Source: Octopus vulgaris
Taxonomy: Eukaryota
Direction: 5' to 3'
Length of the DNA: 64,000 bases
NCBI GenBank assembly: GCA_951406725.2
Contig: OX597834.1
Span: 32,612,001-32,676,000, forward strand
In this document: positions 53,168 through 64,000 of the stretch, piece after piece
How positions within the stretch are numbered: position 1 is the first letter of the stretch
Layout of the letters: every line of letters starts with the position of its first letter
Made by a program: the position numbers and the translations under genes
The notes under the pieces: model-generated
Seen by the model: only the letters and a program-made list of their open reading frames with translations
Database searches by the model: none
What the model was told of the DNA's origin: nothing

Positions 53168-53560
53168 GGAACCATGTGGTTGCAAAGCAAGCTTCTTACA
53201 CTTACCACACAGTCACTCCTGTGCGGCAAGAAGCTTGCTTTGCAACCACATGGTTCCAGGTTCAGTCCCACTGCATGGCACCTTGGGCAAGTGTCTACTA
53301 CTATAGCTTCAGGCTGACCAACGCCTTGCGAGTGGATTTGGTAGAGAGAAACTGAAAGAAGTCTGTTGTGTGTATGTGTATCCCTCACTATCGCTTGACA
53401 ACGGATGTTGGTGTGTTTACGTCCCCATAACTAAGTGGCTCGGCAAAAGCGACTGATAGAATAAGTACTAGGCTTACAAATAATAAGTCCTGGGGGGCAA
53501 TTTGTTTGACTAAATGCTGTGCTCTGGCATGGCCACAGTCACATGACTGTAACAAGGAAA
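53168..53560 (+). mobile_element. SINE family A with an inverted (fold-back) duplication of its tRNA-like head
   Basis: 53168-53197 is the exact reverse complement of 53228-53257; the SINE body continues to ~53560. Confidence 0.88.
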
Positions 53561-53768
53561 AGGAAAAGAAAGTAAAAAAACCCAACAGAGTTAGATTAGG
53601 GAAGTAAGAAGGAGCCTGGTTTGAACTTAATTCCTGATGAACCAAAACGGGCAGACAGCAGCAACTGCGATACACAGACATTCAAATGAACAGCAGATAC
53701 ATGAATACTATGTGTGTGTGCGAGTGTGTGTGTGTGCGTGTGCATATATACGAATATATATATATATA

Positions 53769-53847
<79 letters not shown>

Positions 53848-53849
<2 letters not shown>

Positions 53850-54043
53850 GTGACCTCGTGTGTATCGTTGACGATTTGTTTTCCTCTGTCTTCCCTTCTC
53901 TGGATCTTTCCTTCTATGTTTCCAACAAAGAGCTCCGCTCAAAACGTTAAACTTTCCTTCTTTCCTGAGCATCCAATAATACTATATTTGTTCCATGTCC
54001 TCGTGTTGTTGTGTTTTTTTGTACTTTCTTGTTTGGATTAACT
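53848..54043 (+). mobile_element. Penelope-like pseudo-LTR (family P1) with CpG-decayed hammerhead
   Basis: atgttt CCAACAA a gagc tcc gctc AAAA cg TT aaac at 53916-53952; inserted in (TA)n; more degenerate copy at 55175-55272. Confidence 0.6.
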
Positions 54044-54054
54044 AAATATATATG

Positions 54055-54131
<77 letters not shown>

Positions 54132-54408
54132 ACACACACATACATATGTTAGGCAAGGCCCACGATAATAAGCTACCTCATTGGGATCACAGCTTTTAAG
54201 CAAGGTAAACAAACGATGGCATTTTCATTCTGTTTGCCTTTCGTGTTGGTGTTAATTACCAAGAGTTATGCGTAAAGACAGTGCAACAGTAACAACAACA
54301 GCAACAACAACAACCTATGAAGAAACAACAGCCAATGTATTCCCCACCCACAAAGGTCAACCTACTGTCTTTAACAAAAAAAAACAAAAACGGACAAGAT
54401 CTAAAACT

Positions 54409-54452
<44 letters not shown>

Positions 54453-56268
54453 CAGGCATGGCTGTGTGGTTAAGAGGCTTTGCTTTGCAACTACACAGTT
54501 CTGAGTTCAATCCCACTGTATGGCACTTTGGGCAAGTGGCTTCTACTATAGTCTTAGGCCAACTAATGCATTGCCAGTGAATGTGGTAGACAAAAACTGT
54601 GTGGAAGCCTGTCATGTATGTGTGTGTGTGGGGGGTGTTTGCCTCCTCACACAACCATTTGACAGCCAGTGTTGGTTTGTTTACATCCCCGTAACTTAGT
54701 AGTTCCTGTCAAACTGTCCAACCCATGCCAGCAAGAAAAAGCAGACATTAAACGATGATGACGACGATGACAATGATGATGATGTCGACGATGATGATGA
54801 CGATGATGATCTCGTAGTTTCAAAACTTTGCTGATGTGATTGTTTGTTTTTTGAGAAATGACATGTCAGAGTAGGTGTGAGAGGCCAGATCTGGGTTGTC
54901 TGAACCTAAGCCAGGGAGAATGAATACCCAGGCAGGATATGACCAGTTTAAATGCTATAAAAGGGTTAAAAGACTATTCAGACTAATTCTATTTCTTTCG
55001 ATGTTGTTGTTGTTGTTGTTGTTGTTGCTTTTGTTGTTGTTGTTGTTGTTGCTTGTTGTTGTTGTTGCTTTTTTGTTGTTGCTTTTGTTGTTGTTGTTGT
55101 TTTTGTTGTTGCTTTTGTTGTTGTTGTTGCCTTTGTTGTTGTTGTTGTTGCTGTAGCTGTCATCGTTGCTATTGCTGTCCTTCCTTCCTTATGTTCCAAT
55201 AAAAGAGCACCTGACAAAACTTAAACTTTCCTTTATTGAGCATCCAATAATACTATATTTGTTCCATCGTCCTGTTGTTGCTGTTGTTGTTGTTGTTGTT
55301 TCATTTAAAGATCTCTTTCATTTGTTCTTCAGTCAAACACAAACAGAGATGTGTGCAAAGATTTCCAGATTTCGAGCAAATAACGGCAAATTTCAGTCAT
55401 AAACAACAAATTACTTATGCAACACAGGTACCACGAGCGCCTCATCTACATATTTAGTCCTTTCTCTCGTTGAATGTTCTTGTTGCTGGTGGTGTCGTCT
55501 TCTTCTTGCAGTTGTTGACACTAAGTGACACATTGAGAGCAAGAGGGAGGGGAGAGAGAGGAGGAGTATGTGTTGTGTGAGTGTGTGTGTGAGAGAGTAT
55601 GTGTCTATATATGTGTGTGGGTATATTGGTTATGTGTAAGTGAATGTGTGTATATTTTCATGATTGTGTGTGCATGTGTATATGTGAGTATGTGTGTGTA
55701 TACGCGTGTAAACATCTGTCTGTTTGCCAATTCCAATTACTTTGTACGTAGGTGTAGAGTCACATATAGGGTTACTTTGAAATGATTGTAATCCTTAAAT
55801 TATTGTTATTCCTATTGTCCAAAAGTGGCCAGCCAACAGAATTGTTATTACATAAAAAAAAAAAATTTTTTAATGGCATTGTGGTATTTCCTCCGGCTCT
55901 ATACATTCCGAGTTCATATCTCACCGAGGTCAACTTTGCCTTTTACTTTTCATCTTTCGGGATCGATAAAATAAACGGTAAGTAAAACAGCACTGGAGAG
56001 TTTGTTTATATATGTGGTTACATCATCTTATGCGTATTTCATTAACAATGGATATACATCAGTCATAAATCTGATATACATTCATTGTCATTGTACTCAT
56101 ATACCTAGATGAAATCTTTCACCTCTGATACATGGCAAGCGGTAAATAAAGCATTCACTGATACTGCAAAAAGCTTGCTGAGCTAAAATAAACTCAGTGT
56201 ATGCAATTGAAACAATCCTGAATTACAAATGCCATCTGTGCATCATAATTTAAATATATATATATATT

Positions 56269-56329
<61 letters not shown>

Positions 56330-56959
56330 TGACATATATTGACAACATACATTGACATGTCTAATGTTGTGCATTTTTATCTGAGAGGAAATATTTTCAT
56401 AGACATATTAAAGAAACTTGCTTTGCAACCGCATGGCTTCAGGTTCAGTCACACTGAGTGGTACCTTGGGCAAGTATCTTCTGCTAAAGCTCTGTGCTGA
56501 CCTATGCCTTGTGGATGAATTTGTATATGGAAACTGTGTGGAAACTTGCCATATGTACATATATAAGCATAAATGCAGGTGTGTAGTATGAATTTTGCTA
56601 GGTGGCTGTGAGGCAAGACATTTGCTTCCCAACTAAATGGTTCCATGTTCAGTCCCACTGCGTGGCACCTCGGCCAAGTATCTTCTACTACAGCCTTGGG
56701 CCGACCAAAGCCTTGTGAGTAGATTTGGTAGATGGAAACTGAAAGAAGCCTTTCAAGGTAAGTACTAGGGTTGATTTGTCTAAAATTCAAGGCAGTACTC
56801 CAGTATGGCCACATTCTAATGACTGAAACAAGTAAAAGAAAAAAAGACAGTTTGACTGAGAACTGGTGAGACAGTAGACTGCACCAGACTCCAGTCTGAT
56901 CTGGCAAGGTTTCTACAGCTGGATGCCCTTCCTAACGCTAACTGCTCCAAGAGTGTAGT

Positions 56960-58398
56960 GGGTGTTTTTTATGTGCCACGAGCACAAGGGCCAGTCAGGC
57001 AGTACTGACATCAACAACCATGCTTGAATGGTACTTTTTATGTGCCACCAGCACAGGAGCCAGTCAGGTGGCACTGGCATCGACCACGCTCAAATGGTGC
57101 TTTTTATGTGTCACTGGCAGAGGAGCCAGTCAGGTGGCACTGGCATCGACCACGCTCAAATGGTACTTTTTATGTGCCACCAGCACAGGAGCCAGTCAGG
57201 TGGCACTGGCATCGACCACGCTCAAATGGTGCTTTATGTGCCACCAGCACAGGAGCCAGTCAGGTGGCACTGGCATCGACCACGCTCAAATGGTGCTTTT
57301 TATGTGTCACTGGCAGAGGAGCCAGTCAGGCGGTACTGGCATTGACCACGCTCAAATGGTACTTTTATGTGCCACCAGCACAGGAGCCAGTCAGGTGGCA
57401 CTGGCATCGACCACGCTCAAATGGTGCTTTTTATGTGCCACCAGCACAGGAGCCAGTCAGGTGGCACTGGCATCGACCACGCTCAAATGGTGCTTTTTAT
57501 GTGTCACTGGCACAGGAGCCAGTCAGGTGGCACTGGCATCGACCACGCTCGAATGGTGCTTTTTATGTGTCACTGGCATAGGAGCCAGTCAGGTGGCACT
57601 GGCATCGACCACGCTCGAATGGTGCTTTTTATGTGTCACTGGCAGAGGAGCCAGTCAGGTGGCACTGGCATCGACCACGCTCGAATGGTCTGGCAGAGGA
57701 GCCAGTCAGGTGGCACTGGCATCGACCACGCTCGAATGGTGCTTTTTATGTGTCACTGGCATAGGAGCCAGTCAGGTGGCACTGGCATCGACCATGCTCG
57801 AATGGTGCTTTTTATGTGTCACTGGCATAGGAGCCAGTCAGGTGGCACTGGCATCGACCACGCTCAAATGGTGCTTTTTATGTGTCACTGGCATAGGAGC
57901 CAGTCAGGTGGCACTGGCATTGACCATGCTCGAATGGTGCTTTTTATGTGTCACTGGCATAGGAGCCAGTCAGGTGGCACTGGCATCGACCACGCTCGAA
58001 TGGTGCTTTTTATGTGTCACTGGCATAGGAGCCAGTCAGGTGGCACTAGCATCGACCATGCTCAGTGTCACTGGCATAGGAGCCAGTCAGGTGGCACTGG
58101 CATCGACCATGCTCGAATGGTACTTTTTATGTGCCACCAGCACAGGAGCCAGTCAGGTGGCACTGGCATCGACCACGCTCGAATGGTGCTTTTTATGTGT
58201 CACCGGCACAGGAGCCAGTCAGGTGGCACTAGCATTGACCACGCTTGAATAGTGTTTTTTATGTGTCACTGGCACAGGAGCCAGTCAGGTGGCACTGGCA
58301 TCGACCATGCTCGAATGGTGCTTTTTATGTGCCACCAGCACAGGAGCCAGTCAGGTGGCACTGGCATCAACCACGCTTGAATGGTGCTTTTTACGTGC
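56960..58398 (+). repeat. 66-bp minisatellite (~21 units) expanded inside a family C repeat
   Basis: Unit cagtcaggtggcactggcatcgaccacgctc(a/g)aatggtgctttttatgtg(t/c)cac(t/c)(g/a)gca(c/g/t)aggagc; preceded by family C body ggatgcccttcctaacgc...gtagtgggtg. Confidence 0.95.
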
Positions 58399-59572
58399 TG
58401 TGAAAGAGGGAGAAGAAACAAATTTCTACATCCACACTCAAACACACCTTCCGACCTGTCACTGGGCTGACATATGAGGGGCTTCTTTCAGTTTCCGTCT
58501 ACCAAATCCACACACAAGGCTTTGGTCGGTCCGAGTCTGTAGTAGAAGACACTTGCCCAAGGTGCCATGCAAAGGGACTGAACCCAGAACTAAGTGATTG
58601 GTAAGCAAGCTACTTGCCACACAGTCATGCATATATATGTTTATAAGAAAACTCATTTCCTGATAAGGTAATTTCAGATAATGGTACGGAAAATATCGGA
58701 GTGATAACTGGAAGAACCAATGTCTATTTGGTGTTTCCAAAATCTCCATTTAGACTTTCTGGGAAAGCCATCAACATCACAGTATCTCGTTTTTTGTTTT
58801 ACTCTCTGCTCCCTTGAGTGTGTTCAAAAGAAACTGCAGAGGTATGGTGCACAGGTAAGAAATCATTAAACTGTGTGTGTATATGTATGTATGCATATGT
58901 GTGCATGTGTGTATGCATATATATATATGTGTGTGTGTTTGAATGTATGTATGCCTCCCTGCATGTGTGTGAATGTATATATGCATTCATATATATGTGT
59001 GTATGTATATGTATGTATGTATGTATGTATATATATATATGTATGTATGTATGCATGTGTAAATGTATGCATGCATGTATATAAATATATATATATGTAT
59101 GTATGTATGTATGTATATATATATTTATGTGTATGTATACATACACGTAAGAGTGTATGTGTGTATGTATGCATGTATATGTACGACTGTATATAGTTAC
59201 ATGTATGTATATATGTATGTATGCAAATGTGGTGTGGTTGCATGTGTGGGTGGGAATCAACGAACAAGGTAGGCAAACGGCGGGGGGGGGGGCGCAACCA
59301 ATGAGATAGATACAAAGTAGCACGTGTATATGTATGTGTGTATACATTAGTGCATGTATGTGTGTGTGTGTGTGTGTGTAGGTGGAAGTCTGTGAGGTAG
59401 GGGGAACAGAGAGTGGGGGGAAACAGGAAAGTAGGTACATAAGAGAGTGTGTGTGTGTATGTATGTGCGTGTCTGTGCATGTGTGTGTGTATGTGTATGT
59501 ACATGTGTGTATGTGTATGTACATGTGTGTATGTAGGGAGGCAAGAGCAGAGTAAGTGTAAGTATACGTTGG

Positions 59573-59603
<31 letters not shown>

Positions 59604-60308
59604 ACATGTATGTGTGTGTGAAGCAAGCAGAATGGGTGTGGGTGGGAGTATATGCAAGAGAGGGAACAGAGAGAGATAGGGAGAGTGTGTGTGTATGTGT
59701 GTGTCTAATGTATGTGTTGTGTGTTTACCACATGTGAATGTGTATATGTGAGTGTGTGTGAATGTGTTGTGTGTATGTGTGTTTGTGTACTTGGGTGTGT
59801 GAATGCAGCAAACAGTGTGTGTATGGTGTGTATGTGTGTGTGTGTGTGTGGGGGGGTGTATGCGTACGCGTCAAGGCATATGAGAGATGATGCATTTTTA
59901 GAGGCGTGCGTGTGCGCGTGTCAGCGCTTGCCTGTAACAGAAGCCATCCAAAATGCGTGTCTTTGCATGTGAATGCGTGTTCTCGCATGTGAATGCATTG
60001 TGTGTGAGTATGTGCGTGAGTGAGTGTGTGTGTGTGTGTGAATTGTGGGGGGGATCTCCTACCCTGTGACGTAAAGCTTTCTTCACATCCACACACACAT
60101 TCACAGACACACACACAGACACTTCCACACATACATACATACATACATACATACATACATACATACCGCCATATACATGCACACACATACATACATACAC
60201 ACACACACATACTGTCACACAAGCAGGCAAGCACACACACACACACATACTGTCACACAAGCAGGCAACACACACACACACACACACACGTACACACACA
60301 CACACACA

Positions 60309-60355
<47 letters not shown>

Positions 60356-60720
60356 TTAGCAGCAGGAGAAGGATCCATGTCTAGAAACTGTACTGAACTA
60401 AAAGAGATGCTGAAGAAGAAGAGGAGGAGGGGGATGCAAAAGAGAAGGAAGGAGGTGAAGAAAAACAAAGAACAAAGAGGGAGGGAGGGAGGGAGGGAGG
60501 GAGAGAGACAGACAGACAGAAAGAAGGAGTGTACATGTGTGTGTGTGTGTGTGTGTTAGAGAGAGCAGATGTTGAGAAAGCTATGAATTGTAGTTAGTGG
60601 GTCAGTAGGACAGGGTTGGCAAGGTGTAGACTGTACTCTAGTTACTGACACACAGACAGACAGAAAGACAGACATGCAGACAGTTACTGCTGCTGTGGTC
60701 TTATATATATATATATATAA

Positions 60721-60773
<53 letters not shown>

Positions 60774-60806
60774 TACATATACACACGTGTATGTGTGTGT
60801 GTTTAC

Positions 60807-60862
<56 letters not shown>

Positions 60863-60995
60863 ATGTATGTATGTATATGTGTAGATACGTGGGGGGGATG
60901 AGATGAGAGAGAGTGGGAGGGAGCGGGGGAGGGGCTGTCTAGGATGAGCAGAGCAGGGAAGAGGAGGTTGAATGAGGTGTGCAGCACGCGCATGT

Positions 60996-61031
<36 letters not shown>

Positions 61032-61247
61032 GAGGTTGAAGAAGAAAGAGAGGAAGAAGAACAACAAAAAAAAGCAGTCTTTCTTGTTTCCAAATGCCGA
61101 TGCCAATTTTCTTGGCAAACAGCAAAATGTGTGAAAGACAGAATAAATAAAACAAAGGCACACCACCCACACACACCCGAACCTTCCATCCTACCCCCCA
61201 CAACCTCTCCCTTAGAAGCAGATAAGGAGGAACCATGACAGATAATA

Positions 61248-61279
<32 letters not shown>

Positions 61280-61281
<2 letters not shown>

Positions 61282-61925
61282 CAAGTTTTGGCACAAGGCC
61301 AGCAAGTTCAGGTAGAGGGGAGCTGTCAATTACATTGATCACAGTGCATAACTGGTACTAATTTCATCAACTCTGAAAAGATGAAAGGCAAAGCCAAACC
61401 CTGGCAGAATCTGAACTCAGAACATGGAGACAGGCAAAACGTTGCCAGCATTTTGTCTGGCAGACTAACAATCCTTCCTACTTAATAATAATAATAATAA
61501 TAATAAAAATAATCCTTTCTCCTATAGCCACATGGCTTGGAATTTTGTGGGGAGGGGGACAGTCGATCACATCGACCCCAGTACTCAACTGGTACTTAAT
61601 TTATCGACCCCGAAAGGATGAAAGGCAAAGCTGACCTCGATGGAATTTGAACTCGCAATGTAGTGGACAGGTGAAATACCGCTGAGCATTTAGTCCAGCA
61701 TGCTAACGATTCTTTTCTTCTCTGCTCCAGGCACAAGGCCCCTAAATTTTGGGGGAGGGTGGGGCAGTCGACCAGATCAACCCCAGTATGCAACTGGTAC
61801 TTAATTTATCGACCCCGAAAAAATGAGAGGACAAGTCGACCTCAGTAGCACTTGAACTCCTCGTAAAGACGGACAAAATTCTGTTAAGCATTTTGCCCAG
61901 CACACTAACAGTTCTGCCAGCTTAC
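61280..61925 (-). mobile_element. Three SINE family B copies, reverse orientation
   Basis: Repeated ctggtact(t)aattt...aaaggatgaaaggcaaag core. Confidence 0.85.
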
Positions 61926-61932
61926 TGCTTTC

Positions 61933-61995
<63 letters not shown>

Positions 61996-61996
61996 T

Positions 61997-62247
61997 CCTA
62001 TCATAGTAGGTGCATTAGGCATGATAAAAAAATATTCAGACAAATACATAACAAAAACACCAGGACTTACAAACACATATAACATACAGAAAATTGCACT
62101 ACTAGGCACTGCACACATCCTACGCAGAACACTTTCCATACAATAACCATCAGAGCATCACAACAAATCACAGCACATACCCAAGGCACACAGAGCTGCG
62201 CTCGGTAGTGAGGTGAAAGCACGCTATAAAAATAAAGCTACTGAATG
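61997..62247 (+). mobile_element. Dong/R4-clade non-LTR retrotransposon 3' end inserted in (TAA)n
   Basis: 61997-62146 translates PIIVGALGMIKKYSDKYITKTPGLTNTYNIQKIALLGTAHILRRTLSIQ*, the restriction-like endonuclease C-terminal signature (P++VGALG...IQK.ALLGTA.ILR). Flanked on both sides by TAA repeats, the known Dong target. Confidence 0.85.
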
Positions 62248-62287
<40 letters not shown>

Positions 62288-62567
62288 TAATCCTTTCTAC
62301 TAAAAGCACAAAGCCTGGAATTTGGGGGGGGGGGCTCTTTAAATTCTTCATTATTTTCAAAATTAATTCAAACAATGATTGTATTACAGTAGAAATATGG
62401 TAGCAAAAGGGTTAAAGTGACCTACATCAAAACCATCCATCAAAATTCTACGTTAATTAATGTTCCAAACACCTGCTTCATAATGACAGAGTTATTTCGA
62501 TTAATTTTTCACCATTTTCAAAAGTATTTGAAACAAAAGGGAGTGTAATTTAACAGAAATATGTTTT

Positions 62568-62946
62568 GGCTGTGTGGTAAGTAGCTTGCTTACCAACCAC
62601 AAGGTTCTGGGTTCAGTCCCACTGTGTGGCATCTTGGGCAAGTGTCTTCTACTATAGCCTCGGGCTGACCAAAGCCTTGTGAGTGGATTTGGTAGACGGA
62701 AACTGAAAGAAGCCTGTCGTATATATGTATATATATGTGTGTGTGTATGTTTGTGTCTGTGTTTGTCCCCCTAGCATTGCTTGACAACCGATGTTGTGTT
62801 ACATCCCTGTAACTTAGTGGTTGGGCAAAAGAGATTGACAGAATAAGTACTGGGCTTACAAAGAATAAGTCCCAGGGTCAATTTGCTCGACTAAAAGCAG
62901 TGCTCCAGCATGGCTGCAATCAAATGACATTAAACAAGTAAAAGAG
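62568..62946 (+). mobile_element. SINE family A inserted in the AT-rich tandem repeat array
   Basis: The array unit is interrupted at aacagaaatatg and resumes at gtgttaaagtgatc. Confidence 0.88.
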
Positions 62947-63309
62947 TAGAAGTGTTAAAGTGATCTTCATTAAAACCAATCAAATTTTGATATTTATGTT
63001 CCAAATAAGAGATTAATAACAACAACGATATTTCGCTACATTCTTCATTATACTCAAAATTATTTTGAAACCAAGGAAATATATTTCAACAGACATATGG
63101 TGGCAAAAGTGAAAACCTATCAAATTTTCCTATTCATGTTGCAAGCACCAGATTAATAACGACAAAGTTCTTTTGTTAAATTCTTTATTATTTTCAAAAA
63201 CATATATGGTAACAAAAGGGTTGATCAAACAAAAGCTTGCTAACACTGTCACTTTATTAGTTTCTGGTCATTTTGCTGACAATAACAACATCTGTTAACT
63301 CCTCTTTAG

Positions 63310-63452
63310 GATATTTAATTCCACTACAGTGGGTCCTTTGTTTGCTAAAAACAAGACACAGCAAATAAGAAGAGTCAACCTTCTCAATGAGGAGGACTTG
63401 GGTATTGCACTGTTATTACTAACTTCAAACAATCTCAAGGGTGGGGATGAAG
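63310..63452 (+). CDS. Weak candidate internal coding exon (possibly Ig-like strand E-F)
   Basis: Acceptor ctcctctttag| and donor gaag|gtatga bracket the open frame IFNSTTVGPLFAKNKTQQIRRVNLLNEEDLGIALLLLTSNNLKGGDEG; an in-frame stop lies just upstream of the acceptor. Confidence 0.2.
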
Positions 63453-63495
63453 GTATGACCCAAAAGAAACATGGACCTTCATCCTTATCTCCCAG

Positions 63496-63727
63496 GGTGG
63501 TGAGCTGGCAAAATCATTAGCACACTGGGTGAAATGCTTAGCAGTATTTCGCCTGCAATTACGTTCTGAGTTCAAATTCCACCAAGGTCGACTTTGTCTT
63601 TCCTCCTTTCAGGGTTGATTAAATAAGTACCAGTTACGCACTGGGGTCGATGTAATCGACTTAACCCCTTTGTCTGTCCTTGTTTATCCCCTCTATGCTT
63701 AGCCCCCTGTGCGCAATAAAGAAATAA
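63496..63727 (+). mobile_element. SINE family B, full length
   Basis: ggtggtgagctggcaaaatcattagc...gcaataaagaaata. Confidence 0.9.
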
Positions 63728-63868
63728 ATATTTCTATCTCCCACCAACATCCCTCTGTATCTATCTTTTATTTTTCTTAGACACACACTATCTCTCTCTC
63801 TCACTTTCTTGCCCTCTCTCTCTAACAATCTCTTCTATCTGTCTCTATCACTCTTTCCTCTTCTTTCA

Positions 63869-63900
<32 letters not shown>

Positions 63901-64000
63901 GTCTAACAATTGCTTTTGTCTGTCTCTCCAACAGTCTCCACTGTCTTTGCTATTTTACTTTTTTACTTTTCATCCTGATTCCCCTCCCATTCCTCTACCT

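Noticed and set aside
57020-58252. 410-aa ORF (and overlapping 293- and 185-aa ORFs) as a real protein gene, or the array as CRISPR
   Set aside because: The ORFs arise from a stop-free 66-bp unit belonging to a dispersed repeat family, with frameshifting unit variants. There are no unique spacers and no cas genes, and the context is eukaryotic.
58670-58825. Minus-strand frame YCDVDGFPRKSKWRFWK resembling an Ig C..G.P...W motif
   Set aside because: Bounded by stops without usable splice sites; it shows how easily Ig-like motifs arise by chance here.

Overview
Repeat-saturated, AT-rich animal genomic DNA, almost certainly intronic or intergenic. The tRNA-derived SINE families, the Penelope/Dong/CR1 remnants and the extreme microsatellite density suggest an octopus or another coleoid cephalopod; this is an inference from recognised repeat types, not a database result. 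Nearly every ORF in the supplied track is a microsatellite or repeat artefact. The only protein-like coding remnants I can support are retrotransposon C-termini: CR1/L2-type at ~37.1 kb and Dong/R4-type at ~62.0 kb, plus a decayed Dong-like copy at ~24.0 kb. A few weak splice-signal-defined exon candidates hint at a minus-strand host transcript (22.4-22.6 kb, 13.0-13.4 kb), with weaker plus-strand candidates at 58.7 and 63.3 kb. The most interesting signal is at 17.0-17.2 kb: an ~80-bp near-perfect inverted repeat inside (TA)n whose arms each encode a minimal type I hammerhead ribozyme with a non-canonical CCGACGA (U4C) core. A second, unrelated Penelope-like family in the window carries CpG-decayed versions of the same variant core. 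The window also holds several long fold-back hairpins, inverted young SINE pairs (candidate ADAR substrates), three RFX X-boxes, SINE-to-satellite expansions and nested transposon insertions. There are no rRNA, genuine tRNA, CRISPR or prokaryotic features. Repeat boundaries were read by eye and are approximate.
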